Counted from the first letter of the stretch, positions 32,924 to 43,543 are shown. The stretch: DNA of 64,000 nucleotides from Polyangiaceae bacterium (GCA_044376115.1 JBILLK010000003.1:406530-470529); one strand, 5' to 3'. The notes: generated by a model not told the origin, from the sequence alone. Numbers and translations are program-made.

Positions 32924-34309
32924 TCAGGGCAAGCGGAAGTGGAAGTTCTTCGGCCGGGTGACGGCGAGGAACCCCAGCGGCGACAAGGACGACCCAGTGC
33001 CTGAATCTTTGGTTCCGGTCCACGGCATCTCCGGGTCGAGGTAGTCGCAGCGATTCATAAATACGGTGCCCACCTCCAGGCTTCGGCCGATGCGTTCGGC
33101 GCGCGCTGCGTCCTTGGTCCAAATCGAGGCGGTGAGGCCGTAAGGTTGGTCGTTGGTCAACCGAATCGCCTCTTCATCGCTGTTGAAGCCAGCAACGCCC
33201 AAGGCCGGGCCGAAGGTCTCTTCGCGCATGAGCAAGCTATCGGGAGCAGCCTGGTCAATCAGCTCCGGCGCGAGGTAACACCCACTTAGCGTGGGAACGT
33301 TGAAGCTGGCCGCGTCGACGATGCGTTTACCGCCCTTGGCCAGCGCGTCACTTACGTGGGCGCGCACTCGCTCGGCGGCGGCCTCATTGACGACAGGGCC
33401 CAACGTGGTGCCATCCTCCAGCGGGTTACCAACGACGTACTTCTTGATCAACTCGGCGGCGGCCTCGACGAAGCGAGCTCGCAGCGACTCATGCACCAAT
33501 ACCCGTTTGACCGCGCAACAGGACTGACCCGAGTTGTAGAACGCACCGTCCACAGCGTTCTCCACCGCCGAGTCAAAGTCGCAATCCGGCAGGATGATCG
33601 CCGGATCATTGCCGCCGAGCTCGAGCCCGACCGGCGTAAAGCCTTGGGCTGCGGCGGCCCGTGAAATCTCATGACCACCGCGCACCGACCCAGTGAAGGC
33701 CACATAGCCGAAGAGGCGCTCGGCCAAGAGCGCAGCCACCGTTTCGTGGCTGGCCGGTAAATAGGTAACCAGGCCCTTCGGCGCGCCGGCCTCCTCGAAG
33801 GCCCGCGCGAGTTGGGCTCCGACCCCCATGGTCTGCGGAGCGTGTTTGATCACCACCGAGTTGCCGGCGAGCACCGCGGCGAAGAGCGCGTTGGTTGGGA
33901 CCAATAGCGGGTAGTTCCAGGCGGCTACCACCAATACGACGCCGACCGGCTCGCGCGTCGTAAAGCGATTGAAGCCCGCCTTCTCTTTGGGATGGTTGTC
34001 GGCGAGGGCGCTCGGCGCCATTTCAACGAGCGCGTTCACACGCTCTTTCATCGAACGTTGGTATTCTCCGCGGGCCTGACCGACGGGCTTGCCCATCATG
34101 CGAGTAATTGCGCGGGCATGTTCGTCGAGGTGATCGCCGTAACGTTCGTAGGCGGCTAGGCAGAGCGCCTGTCTCGCCTCGAGCGAGAGCGCTGCCACTT
34201 CACGCTGGGCCGAGGCGGCTTGCGCGACCAGCTTGCGGGCTTCTTCGAGGGAGGGTTCTTCGTAGCTGAAGGCGACGGATCGATCGACGGGGCTCGTGAT
34301 GGAAGGCAT
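32924..34309 (-). CDS. Aldehyde dehydrogenase
   Basis: AWNYP, FTGS, LELGGNDP, NSGQSCC, EETFGP. Confidence 0.95.
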   Translation of the reverse strand: MPSITSPVDRSVAFSYEEPSLEEARKLVAQAASAQREVAALSLEARQALCLAAYERYGDHLDEHARAITRMMGKPVGQARGEYQRSMKERVNALVEMAPSALADNHPKEKAGFNRFTTREPVGVVLVVAAWNYPLLVPTNALFAAVLAGNSVVIKHAPQTMGVGAQLARAFEEAGAPKGLVTYLPASHETVAALLAERLFGYVAFTGSVRGGHEISRAAAAQGFTPVGLELGGNDPAIILPDCDFDSAVENAVDGAFYNSGQSCCAVKRVLVHESLRARFVEAAAELIKKYVVGNPLEDGTTLGPVVNEAAAERVRAHVSDALAKGGKRIVDAASFNVPTLSGCYLAPELIDQAAPDSLLMREETFGPALGVAGFNSDEEAIRLTNDQPYGLTASIWTKDAARAERIGRSLEVGTVFMNRCDYLDPEMPWTGTKDSGTGSSLSPLGFLAVTRPKNFHFRLP

Positions 34310-34490
34310 GGCGGCGCAAGACTACAGCTCCGTTGGGCGGCTTGCGGTAGCTTGTTCTTGTCGAGGCGACCAGCTGCGGCCGGTTCGGGTGCGGATGTGT
34401 GCAGCTGTGCCACATGCCCGAGCTAACCAAAGTCGTTCGCGGCCCAGCGAGTGCGGCAGTCGGCGCAAAACTCCACTAAAGTCCGCCTCC

Positions 34491-35315
34491 ATGTCGACGA
34501 CGTCTGCGGCCCCGACCCTCGGTCTAACGACTGCGGATCGCAAAGCTCTTTCGGAGCTCGCGGCTACGTATGAACGCAAGTTGGATGTGTCGGTGGTGGC
34601 GTTGCTACAGGAGGCACAGCAGTTGGCTGCAGCGCTGGTCAAGCTGGGCGACGCGCTCGTGGAACGTACGCTGATCGCCGCTGACGCAGGGGCGCAACTC
34701 GATCTGCGACGGCAACGGCTCGAGGCGGCTGAACTCGACTGGAAGGCCGTCGGTTCGCGCGTTACGCCCGCCGTGATCGTGGAGCTACGTGCGCAGGCTC
34801 AATTGCGTAAGCGCGACGCGGTGGAGGCGCTGCGTTACTTCGGGCGCGACAACGCGGAGCTGCAACAGGCGCTCGAGCGCATTGGACGGCGTGTTGGGGA
34901 CGCCGAGCTGGTGATCGAGCTGCATACCCTGGCCCAAGCGGTCGAGGACAACGCGGCGATCTTGCGCCACGCCGATCTTCCGAAGGGCGCCGCCGAGCAG
35001 CTGCGCGCCCTCGCCGATGAGCTGGATACGCAGCTGGCCAAGCATCGCGTCCGCTCCGATGCCACCCAGGCGCTTGCGCTGCGCAATCGCGCCTTTTGGC
35101 ACCTGCGTGAGCTGCTGGAAGAGATCCGCGAGGCGGGCCGCTATGTGTTTCGCAACGACGCGCGAGCGTTAGCGCTCTTTCGTTCCTCCGCGGCTCGTAC
35201 GCGTGCACGTCAACGCGCCAATAAGGCGAGTAAAACGCAGGACAGTCCGAGTGACGCGGCGAACCCCGTCTCCCCGAACCAGACCCCCAGCGGCTGGGGG
35301 TCTTCGGGGAACTGA
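34491..35315 (+). CDS. Hypothetical alpha-helical protein
   Basis: Long ORF with GC3-biased codons, Leu/Ala/Arg/Glu-rich; start uncertain. Confidence 0.65.
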   Translation: MSTTSAAPTLGLTTADRKALSELAATYERKLDVSVVALLQEAQQLAAALVKLGDALVERTLIAADAGAQLDLRRQRLEAAELDWKAVGSRVTPAVIVELRAQAQLRKRDAVEALRYFGRDNAELQQALERIGRRVGDAELVIELHTLAQAVEDNAAILRHADLPKGAAEQLRALADELDTQLAKHRVRSDATQALALRNRAFWHLRELLEEIREAGRYVFRNDARALALFRSSAARTRARQRANKASKTQDSPSDAANPVSPNQTPSGWGSSGN

Positions 35316-35330
35316 CCGCTAATAAGCTAT

Positions 35331-37613
35331 TTACTTGTTGAAGCGCGGGCCAACGCCGAGCTCTTGGAGCAGGCCGTTGGCGTGGGAGACGGCGTCGAGT
35401 ACCCAAAGGATGTAACGCAGGTCCACGTGGATCGAGCGGGTCACCGAGGGCAGGAAGACCCACGCTTGGGCCATCGATTCGTAGTTACCGTCGAAGGCCA
35501 GGCCGACCAGCTCTCCTTGGGCGTTGAGCGTGGCTGAGCCAGAGTTACCGCCCGTGATATCGAGATCGGTCAAGAAGTCCACCGGGACCTCGCCGAGCTT
35601 CTCATCCACATACGGGCCGAAGTTCTTCTGGTTGACGGCGTCCAATAGCTCTTTGGGCGCGATGAACGGGTCTTTGCCGGTGTGCTTCTTGGCCACCTCG
35701 GATAGCAGGGTAAACGGCGTGTAGACGGCCGCGTCTTTGACCGGCGCATAGCCGCGCACGGTGCCAAAGGTGACGCGCAAGGTGCGGTTGGCGTCGGGAG
35801 CGAGCAGACCGTTCTTCTGTTCGCGCATGGCGGTTACGAAGTCCGGCAGGGCGATTGACATCGCGCCTTCACGTCGCTTGTCCCGCTCCTCGAAGTCTTT
35901 GACCTTCGAGCGCAGCGCCACAGCGAGCTTGATCAGCGGGTCCTTCGAGGTCTTGAGTTCGGCCTCTTTGGCGCCTGAAAGCAGCTTCAGCCGCGCCGCC
36001 TCATCACCGAGTTTGGTGGTCTGATAAAGGCCGGCGAGCGCCTTATCGATCTCGGCGCTGGTGGGCGCCTTCTTGTTGACGCCTTTGCCCATCAGCGCCT
36101 CGGCGATGCCAGCGCGCTTCTCCGCGGGATAGGCCAGCTCGCGCTCGATGACCAGCTTGAGCACGGCCTTCTCGATCTCCGGGCTCCATTGCTTGGTCAG
36201 CTGCACGAACGAGTTCTCGAGCCGCTTCTGATTGCGATCTTGGTACTCTGGATCGCGCTGGGCGTCGGGTTTGGCGCGCTCTTCCGCGTTGCGGACAATG
36301 GCGTAGGCGGTGGAGAAGCCGCGCACGAGCCGCATGGTTTCACGGATGGTGCGGTCGGCCTCGATCGCCTTGCGGCTCTCATTGAAGGCCAGCACCGTCT
36401 TGTCCACGCTGCCGCCGAACTTGGCTTTGCGTGCCGGGTCTGCGTCGATCCAAGCGAGCAAGGACTTCTCTGCGGCGGCCTTCTCTGCAGCGACGCCCTT
36501 CTTGAGGCCCTCCAGCTGTCCGCGATAGTTGGTTAGCGCGTTGGCCAGACCGCGAATGTTGGTCTCGGCTTTGATGGCCAGCTCCGGATCCTTCTTGGCT
36601 AGCCCCTCGAGCACCGCCAGATACTTCTCGCAGTAGTCGATGATGTACGGGATGTCGTTCTCGACTGCGGCGTTCATCTCCGCTGCAGTGGCCAGCCGAT
36701 TGGTGCGAGCCGGGTAGCCAGCCACCATCACGGCGTCCCCTTGGCGCAGGGGCGTCTTCGCCAGGCTGAGCACGTGCTTCGGCTTGTAGGGGACGTTGTC
36801 CGCGCTGAAGTCCCCGGGCGTGCCGTCCTTCTTCACGTAGGCGCGCAAGAAGGAGAAGTCCCCGGTGTGGCGCGGCCAGCGCCAGTTATCCACCTCACCG
36901 CCGTAGTTGCCAATCCCCTCCGGCGGAGCGAACACCAAGCGCACGTCGCGAATCTCCAGCTGCTCAATCAGGCGGAACTCAGCTCCGCCGAAGAACTTCT
37001 CCACCGAACAACGGATGCCCTCACGGCCTTTCTCGCATTCGGCCACGAGCTTTTTGGAGCGGTCCTCGATCGCTTGATAGCGCGCCAAGTCGTTGGGCAG
37101 GGCGGCCAGGCCTTCACGCACGCTGGCCGAGACATCCTTCATCGACTGGGTCACGAACACGCGCTGGCTGGGCCCAGCCGAGAGCTCGTCGGCGCGCGTC
37201 TTCGCCGCGAAGCCGTCCGTCAGCAGGTTCTTGTCCTTGGTGGCGTTGAACTGCAGCGCGCCGGTCACGCAATGGTGATTGGTGATGATGAGACCGTCCG
37301 ACGAAACGAAGCTCGCCGAGCATCCGCCCAAAGACACAACGGCGCCCAACGGGAACTCGGTCGGCTTGGTCAACGCGGCCGGATCGATCGTGAAGCCGAC
37401 GTCTTTCAGATTCTGCGTTTGCAGGGCCAATTGCTCCGGCAACCACATCCCGCCGGGGTTCTCAAACTTGGTGCGCGGCCCTTCGGCCACGGGGGCCACC
37501 GAGGCGCTCGCGCTGGGCGAGGAGGTTTGCTCGGGCATGCGACCGTTGGATGCAGCGGGGCTGCATGCGGCCAAGAACAGGGCGAACCAAACCGAGGAAC
37601 TGCACTTCAGCAT
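35331..37613 (-). CDS. S46-family dipeptidyl peptidase (lipoprotein)
   Basis: GGMWLP, GCSASFVS, TNHHC, WPRHTGDF, DITGGNSGS; lipobox LAAC. Confidence 0.95.
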   Translation of the reverse strand: MLKCSSSVWFALFLAACSPAASNGRMPEQTSSPSASASVAPVAEGPRTKFENPGGMWLPEQLALQTQNLKDVGFTIDPAALTKPTEFPLGAVVSLGGCSASFVSSDGLIITNHHCVTGALQFNATKDKNLLTDGFAAKTRADELSAGPSQRVFVTQSMKDVSASVREGLAALPNDLARYQAIEDRSKKLVAECEKGREGIRCSVEKFFGGAEFRLIEQLEIRDVRLVFAPPEGIGNYGGEVDNWRWPRHTGDFSFLRAYVKKDGTPGDFSADNVPYKPKHVLSLAKTPLRQGDAVMVAGYPARTNRLATAAEMNAAVENDIPYIIDYCEKYLAVLEGLAKKDPELAIKAETNIRGLANALTNYRGQLEGLKKGVAAEKAAAEKSLLAWIDADPARKAKFGGSVDKTVLAFNESRKAIEADRTIRETMRLVRGFSTAYAIVRNAEERAKPDAQRDPEYQDRNQKRLENSFVQLTKQWSPEIEKAVLKLVIERELAYPAEKRAGIAEALMGKGVNKKAPTSAEIDKALAGLYQTTKLGDEAARLKLLSGAKEAELKTSKDPLIKLAVALRSKVKDFEERDKRREGAMSIALPDFVTAMREQKNGLLAPDANRTLRVTFGTVRGYAPVKDAAVYTPFTLLSEVAKKHTGKDPFIAPKELLDAVNQKNFGPYVDEKLGEVPVDFLTDLDITGGNSGSATLNAQGELVGLAFDGNYESMAQAWVFLPSVTRSIHVDLRYILWVLDAVSHANGLLQELGVGPRFNK

Positions 37614-37820
37614 GCCCCCGCTTACTTCTCTCCTGAGGCCGGGGCAACTCGCGCAAAGGCTCTTGGAGGCCATCGAGTTCGGCCGCTTCTGAGGGCGCGA
37701 AAGAGCCAGTGGGCGACTCCAAGGGCCGTACCAGGCGCGACGATGGGTTCTATAAAACGACCCAACAAAATTAAAATACGACGATTGCTATAGTAGATGC
37801 GACACTATCTCAAGACGAGA

Positions 37821-37845
37821 AAAGCCGGGCTTGCGACCCGGCTTT
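37821..37845 (-). terminator. Intrinsic terminator after preA
   Basis: aaagccggg / cccggcttt inverted repeat, U-tract on minus strand. Confidence 0.8.
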
Positions 37846-37870
37846 CGTCCCGAAGCGAGACCGCCTCGGC

Positions 37871-39217
37871 TCAGTCGTGGATGCCGCCGGGCACCTTGTC
37901 CCGGCCTTCTTTTACGCGCTGATTCCAGGTGTCTCCGGTGGACTGACGTTCTTCCGCCATGGTGATGCAGCCTGCGACGGGGCAGACCAACTGGCAGAGG
38001 TTGCAACCAACGCACTCCGGCTCATCCACCCAAGGCAAGCGATCTCCTGCGATGGTTCCGAGCACGAACGGCTTGGGAGGAGCCGCCTTGCCGTGCGTGT
38101 GGGCGTGCGGCGGACGCTGCTTCTCCTCATTGCCGGTGAAGATGCATTGATGAGCGCCGTCATTGCAGGCGGTAACGCACAGCTGACAGCCGATGCAGGT
38201 CTTCGGATCGATCTTGGCGACGAGCTTGTAGCCGAGGTCCAGGTCGCCCCAATCTTGGTAGGCCGGGACAGCTTTGCTCTGCAGCTCAGCCACGCTCTTC
38301 ATCCCCTTTTCGTCGAGGAAGTTGGAGAGACCTTCAATCATGTCCTCCACGATGCGGTAGCCGTAATGCATGACGGCGGTGCACACCTGAACCGAGGTTG
38401 ACCCGAGCGCGAGGAACTCGGCTGCGTCCTTCCAATTGGAGATACCGCCAATGCCCGAGATCGGCACTTTGATGCGGGGGTTGGCGGCCAACGCGGCGAG
38501 CAGATGCAAGGCGATGGGCTTGACCGCCGGCCCGCAGTAACCGCCGTTGGTGGAGCCGTTGCCGACGCGCGGGAGCGGCACCATCCGGTCCAGATCGACG
38601 CCGACGATGCTCTTGATGGTGTTGATGAGCGAGATGCCGTCAGCACCGCCTGCAACGGCGGCCAGGCCTGCCTCCTCGATGTCACCGGTGTTGGGCGTTA
38701 GTTTGACCAGCACCGGCGTTTTGGCGAATTGCTTCGTCCAGCTGGTGATCTCGGTGATGAGCTTGGGCTCCTGACCCACCGAAGAGCCCATGCCGCGCTC
38801 ACACATACCGTGCGGACAGCCGAAGTTGAGCTCCAGCCCGTCCACGCCGGCGTCCTCACACTTCTGAATCAGCACCCGCCAATCCTCTTTGGTCTCGGTC
38901 ATCAGCGAGGCAATGACGACGTGTTTGGGGTAACGCCGTTTGACCTCGCGGATCTCCTTCAGGTTCACCTCCAGCGGCCTATCGGTGATGAGCTCAATGT
39001 TGTTGAGGCCCATCATCTTGTAGGTGCCGAGATCCACCGAGCCGAAGCGGCTCGAAACGTTGACGATGGGGTCGCCCAGCGTCTTCCACACTGCGCCGCC
39101 CCAACCTGCGTCGAAGGCGCGCATGACCTGCTCGCCGGTGTTGGCGGGCGGCGCCGAAGCGAGCCAGAAAGGGTTTGGGCTCTTGATGCCTGCAAAGGTG
39201 ACGGAAAGGTCAGCCAT
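37871..39217 (-). CDS. preA: Dihydropyrimidine dehydrogenase subunit PreA
   Basis: NPFWLASAPP, ELNFGCPHGMCERGMGS, two 4Fe-4S CxxCxxCxxxC motifs. Confidence 0.96.
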   Translation of the reverse strand: MADLSVTFAGIKSPNPFWLASAPPANTGEQVMRAFDAGWGGAVWKTLGDPIVNVSSRFGSVDLGTYKMMGLNNIELITDRPLEVNLKEIREVKRRYPKHVVIASLMTETKEDWRVLIQKCEDAGVDGLELNFGCPHGMCERGMGSSVGQEPKLITEITSWTKQFAKTPVLVKLTPNTGDIEEAGLAAVAGGADGISLINTIKSIVGVDLDRMVPLPRVGNGSTNGGYCGPAVKPIALHLLAALAANPRIKVPISGIGGISNWKDAAEFLALGSTSVQVCTAVMHYGYRIVEDMIEGLSNFLDEKGMKSVAELQSKAVPAYQDWGDLDLGYKLVAKIDPKTCIGCQLCVTACNDGAHQCIFTGNEEKQRPPHAHTHGKAAPPKPFVLGTIAGDRLPWVDEPECVGCNLCQLVCPVAGCITMAEERQSTGDTWNQRVKEGRDKVPGGIHD

Positions 39218-39241
39218 GTTGGTGGTCCTGCTTGGAAGGGG

Positions 39242-40558
39242 TCACTGAGCCCAGGATTGAAGGAGAGCGCGAGCTGCATCACGCCCGTCGGCAACGGCGT
39301 TGACCACCTCTTTGCCTCCGTTGATGCAGTCCCCGCCGGCGAAGATTTTGGGGTTGCCGGTTTGGCGGGTTTTACCGTCCACCACCACGCAGCCCTTGGC
39401 GTCCAGCGTCACGTCGGGCAAGGCTGAAGCCAGTGCGCGCAGCTTGGATTGACCGATAGCGAGAATGCATAGCTCACAGGGCACGAGCTTCTCGGTGCCT
39501 GCGACGGCTCTGCCGTCTTTGGCGTCGGCCACCATGGCGCCGGTGAGCGCTCCCGCCTCGTTGCGTACGAAGGATGTAATGACGGCGTGCGGGATGAAGC
39601 GCACACCTTCGATACGTGCCCCTTCGAGCTCGTGGGCGTAGCCGCTCATCTCCGCGACGCCGCGGCGATAGACCATCGCCACGTCCTCGCAGCCGAGCCC
39701 GGCGCACTCACGCGCCACGTCGATCGCCGTGTTGCCGCCGCCGACGATCAGCACCGTGCCCTTCGGCTTGCTGATGGCGCCGAGCTTCATCTGCTCGATC
39801 CAGGCGGTCGCGCCGATGACGCCTTCCCCTGCTTCATTGGCTGCACCGAGCGACGTGTCTTCCCCGAGCCCGAGCCCGAGGAAGATCGCGTCATAGTGAG
39901 GTAGCAGTGCCGCTACGCCAGCGCCGTCGAGCTCGGAGCCGAGCTTTAGCTCGACCCCCATATCGACGATCCACTCGGCCTCGCGCACGGCGTCTTTGGC
40001 TTTGAGCTTATAAGGAGCAATGCCGGTGGTGTTGAGGCCACCGGGCACCGACCGCTTCTCGAAGATGGTGGCCTTGTGGCCCTCGAGCGCGAGCACGCCC
40101 GCGAACGCCAGGCTGCCAGGGCCAGCCCCAATGCAAGCGACCTTCTTGGGGTTGGCTATTTGTTTGGGGCTGAAGTGCGCCTTTGCGTCCGCGTTCAAGG
40201 CAGTTTCAGTGGCATAACGCTGGAGACGGCCAATCTGAATCGGCTCGCGTTCCCAGCCGTTGTACACGCAATCCCCCACGCAAAGCTCCTCGACGGGGCA
40301 TACGCGTGAACAAGAATAGCCAAGTAGATTTTGCTCCAGGATCTTCTTGGCGCTGCCTTTGACATTGCCCGAGGCGATCTTCTTGATGAAGGTGGGAATG
40401 TCGATCGCCGTTGGGCATGCCTTGATGCACGGAGCGTCCGTGCAATAGAGGCACCGCTCCGCTTCGGCGTGAGCCTCGGCGGGCGTGTACAGGGGCTTCT
40501 TGTCGCCGAAGCTCTCTTCGGCTCGGTCTGCCTTGAGCAGGTCGATGAGGTTTTGCAT
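39242..40558 (-). CDS. preT: Dihydropyrimidine dehydrogenase subunit PreT (GltD-like)
   Basis: RCLYCTDAPCIKACP, IGAGP, GGGNTAID, FAGGDC; adjacent to preA. Confidence 0.92.
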   Translation of the reverse strand: MQNLIDLLKADRAEESFGDKKPLYTPAEAHAEAERCLYCTDAPCIKACPTAIDIPTFIKKIASGNVKGSAKKILEQNLLGYSCSRVCPVEELCVGDCVYNGWEREPIQIGRLQRYATETALNADAKAHFSPKQIANPKKVACIGAGPGSLAFAGVLALEGHKATIFEKRSVPGGLNTTGIAPYKLKAKDAVREAEWIVDMGVELKLGSELDGAGVAALLPHYDAIFLGLGLGEDTSLGAANEAGEGVIGATAWIEQMKLGAISKPKGTVLIVGGGNTAIDVARECAGLGCEDVAMVYRRGVAEMSGYAHELEGARIEGVRFIPHAVITSFVRNEAGALTGAMVADAKDGRAVAGTEKLVPCELCILAIGQSKLRALASALPDVTLDAKGCVVVDGKTRQTGNPKIFAGGDCINGGKEVVNAVADGRDAARALLQSWAQ

Positions 40559-40579
40559 GGTTTGCCTCTGCGCTCCCGA

Positions 40580-42073
40580 TTAGCGGTTCTGGGGGAAGCC
40601 GAGATCAACCCCGCGGAAACGCGGATCCGGCCAGCGATTGATGATGACCTTGTTACGGGTGTAGAACTTGACGCCGTCCGGCCCGTAGATGTGCAGATCT
40701 CCGAACAAGGACTGCTTCCAGCCGCCGAAGGAGTAGTAAGCCATGGGCACCGGGATAGGCACATTGATGCCGACCATGCCGACGCGGATCTCATGCTGGA
40801 ACTTGCGCGCCGCACCGCCGTCATTGGTGAAGATGGCCGTACCGTTCGCGTATTGGTGCTCGTGGATGAGCCGAATGGCGTCGTCGTAGGTCTCGACCCG
40901 CACCACGCTGAGCACCGGCCCAAAAATCTCTTCTTGGTAGATGCGCATGTTGGGCGCCACCTTGTCGATTAGGCAGGGCCCGAGGAAGAAGCCGCGCTCA
41001 TGGCCAGGGACCTTCAAGGTGCGGCCATCGATCAGCACGTCTGCGCCCTCGGAGGCGCCTTGGGCCACATAAGAAGCGACCTTCTCCATGTGTTGACGGG
41101 TGATGAGCGGGCCCATCTGCGAGGCCGGATCCAGCCCGTTGCCGACCTTGAGCTCGGCGATGCGCTCGCGGATCTTCGGCAGCAGCTTGTCAGCGGCGCC
41201 GCCCACGGTGACGAGGACGCTAATGGCCATACAGCGCTCGCCAGCGGAGCCGTAACCGGCGCCCACCGCGGCGTCCGCCGCTAAGTCCATATCGGCGTCG
41301 GGTAGGACGACCATATGGTTCTTGGCGCCACCGAGCGCCTGTACGCGCTTGTTGTGTTGCGTGCCCGTCTCGTAGATGTACTTCGCAATCGGCGTGGAGC
41401 CAACGAAGCTAATGGCGTTGACCTCGGGGTGGGTGAGCAGACGATCGACGGCGACTTTGTCCCCGTGCACCACGTTGAAGACGCCCTCGGGCACGCCGGC
41501 TTTGGCCAGCATCTCGGCGCACATGTTGGTGACGCTCGGGTCCCGCTCGGAGGGCTTGAGGACGAAGGTGTTCCCGCAGGCGATGGCGAGCGGGTACATC
41601 CACATCGGCACCATGGCCGGGAAGTTGAAGGGCGTAATACCCGCAACCACGCCGACCGGCTGACGGAGCGAATACGAGTCCACCTCGGTCGAAACGTTCT
41701 CGCTGATTTCGCCCTTGAGCAGGTGGGCCAGGCCACAGGCGAACTCCACGACCTCGAGGCCGCGTTGCACTTCCCCTTGAGCGTCCGAGAACACCTTGCC
41801 GTGCTCGAGCGTGAGCTGCTTGGCGATCTCGTCCTTGTGGGTGTTCATCAGTTCGCGGAAGGCGAAGAGCACGCGCGTGCGGGTGGCAAGCGAGGCATGC
41901 CGCCAACTCTCGAGCGCCTTGGAAGCGGCGCCGATGGCCGAGTCGACTTCGTCGACCGTGGCGTACGGAACGTGCTTCTGAACCTCACCCGTTGCCGGAT
42001 TGAAGACGTCCCCTTTGCGGTCGCCTTTGCTCGATTGCGGTCGACCGTTGATCCAATGCGGTAGCGTTTCCAT
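40580..42073 (-). CDS. mmsA: CoA-acylating (methyl)malonate-semialdehyde dehydrogenase
   Basis: ITPFNFPAMVP, KPSERDP, GGAKNH, AGERCMA, GINVPIPVP. Confidence 0.95.
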   Translation of the reverse strand: METLPHWINGRPQSSKGDRKGDVFNPATGEVQKHVPYATVDEVDSAIGAASKALESWRHASLATRTRVLFAFRELMNTHKDEIAKQLTLEHGKVFSDAQGEVQRGLEVVEFACGLAHLLKGEISENVSTEVDSYSLRQPVGVVAGITPFNFPAMVPMWMYPLAIACGNTFVLKPSERDPSVTNMCAEMLAKAGVPEGVFNVVHGDKVAVDRLLTHPEVNAISFVGSTPIAKYIYETGTQHNKRVQALGGAKNHMVVLPDADMDLAADAAVGAGYGSAGERCMAISVLVTVGGAADKLLPKIRERIAELKVGNGLDPASQMGPLITRQHMEKVASYVAQGASEGADVLIDGRTLKVPGHERGFFLGPCLIDKVAPNMRIYQEEIFGPVLSVVRVETYDDAIRLIHEHQYANGTAIFTNDGGAARKFQHEIRVGMVGINVPIPVPMAYYSFGGWKQSLFGDLHIYGPDGVKFYTRNKVIINRWPDPRFRGVDLGFPQNR

Positions 42074-42264
42074 GCCTGTTCAACCTCTCGTCTCTGACCG
42101 GCTTTGGGCGCGGCGGACGCGGCAGGATACACACCCGGCCCAGCCTGGGGAACGACCGTCGAGGTCGAAGTGACGGCGGTCTTTGAGCCGCTGCAACGCG
42201 CGCATGCGCAGCGCGTCAAAGCCCAGCGCTGATCTGCGCGCGCAGCCGTGTAAACTGCCCGCCC

Positions 42265-43398
42265 ATGTCGACTTCTCTCTCCGCCGAACTCGCGTCTCTC
42301 GCTCCCGAACTCAAGAGCCGGCTCTTGGCCCGCGGCTTCCGCGAGGAGCGTCTGCTCGAGCAGGCCGCTGGCATTGGCGTCAATCGCGATGAACGCAACC
42401 GCTTGCCGAGCGGGGTCGAGCCGCCGCTCGATAGCGACTTGGTGCAGGCCGCCGACGCAACGCACCCGCGTTATCAGGAATGGTCGGAGCGCGGAAAGGC
42501 GCTCTTGCGCGAGGGCAAGGTCGCGCTGGTGGTGCTCGCGGGCGGCATGGCGACTCGTATGGGCGGGGTGGTCAAAGCGTTGGTGGAGGCTTTGCCCGGC
42601 AGGACCTTCCTCGACCTGCGGCTGGCTGAGCAGGCCGCGCTCTCGCAAGGTGCAACCCAGCCGATGCCACTTTGGCTGATGACCAGCGAAGCCACGCACA
42701 AGCCGATCCTCGAGGCCCTCGGCGAGCGACACGACGGTCGCAATGTGGCCGCCTTCGAGCAGTGCGTGTCGTTGCGACTCAACCTCGATGGCAGCCTGTT
42801 TCACGAGGAAGACGGTGACCTAAGTTGTTATGCCACCGGTCACGGGGATTTGCCCGAGGCGCTCGAGAAGAGCGGCTTGCTCGAGCGCTTCATCATCGAC
42901 CGTGGGGACGGCTATGTGTGGATCGCCAACCTCGATAACCTCGGAGCCACCGTGGACCCGGCTATCCTCGGCCAATTCGCCGAGAGCGAGGCCAAGCTCG
43001 CGGTGGAGGTGGTCGACAAGGTGGGAAGTGATCGCGGCGGGGTGCCGGTGCGCTGGAACGGCAAACGCATCATCGCTGAGGAGTTCCGCCTGCCCAAGTC
43101 GCTCGACCCGGCGATCATTCGGGTCTTCAACACCAACACCTTCTTGGTGCGAGCGAGCGCGCTGCGTGATCTCGAGTTCAACTTCTCCTTCGTCGAGGTC
43201 GAGAAGTCGGTGGGAAGTAAGAAGGCCGTTCAATTTGAGCGGCTGTTGGGCGAGATGACGGTTGGGCTCGAGCCGACCTTCTTGCGCGTCCCGCGCGAGG
43301 GGACGGCCTCTCGCTTTCTGCCGGTGAAAGACGTCCCGGAGCTAGAGAAGCGCCGCTCTGAGATTGCGGCTGTCGGTAAAGCTCGCGGCCTCTTCTAG
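42265..43398 (+). CDS. UDPGP-family (eukaryote-like) UTP--sugar-1-phosphate uridylyltransferase
   Basis: LAGGMATRMG, LMTS, GHGD, IANLDNL, FNTNTF, QFERL. Confidence 0.85.
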   Translation: MSTSLSAELASLAPELKSRLLARGFREERLLEQAAGIGVNRDERNRLPSGVEPPLDSDLVQAADATHPRYQEWSERGKALLREGKVALVVLAGGMATRMGGVVKALVEALPGRTFLDLRLAEQAALSQGATQPMPLWLMTSEATHKPILEALGERHDGRNVAAFEQCVSLRLNLDGSLFHEEDGDLSCYATGHGDLPEALEKSGLLERFIIDRGDGYVWIANLDNLGATVDPAILGQFAESEAKLAVEVVDKVGSDRGGVPVRWNGKRIIAEEFRLPKSLDPAIIRVFNTNTFLVRASALRDLEFNFSFVEVEKSVGSKKAVQFERLLGEMTVGLEPTFLRVPREGTASRFLPVKDVPELEKRRSEIAAVGKARGLF

Positions 43399-43418
43399 GC
43401 GATTTGTTCCAGCCACTG

Positions 43419-43454
43419 AAACGTGTGACAGCGCGCTGACACTGTCACACGTTT
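43419..43454. terminator. 13-bp perfect inverted repeat (terminator or operator)
   Basis: aaacgtgtgacag N10 ctgtcacacgttt, 20 bp after the 43398 stop. Confidence 0.55.
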
Positions 43455-43543
43455 GGGACGCAATGCTGACCGAGACATGACCTGCGAAAGAATTTTCGCA
43501 GTTCACACTCGAGGCCGTGCTTCAGCGATCCGCTACTCCGATC

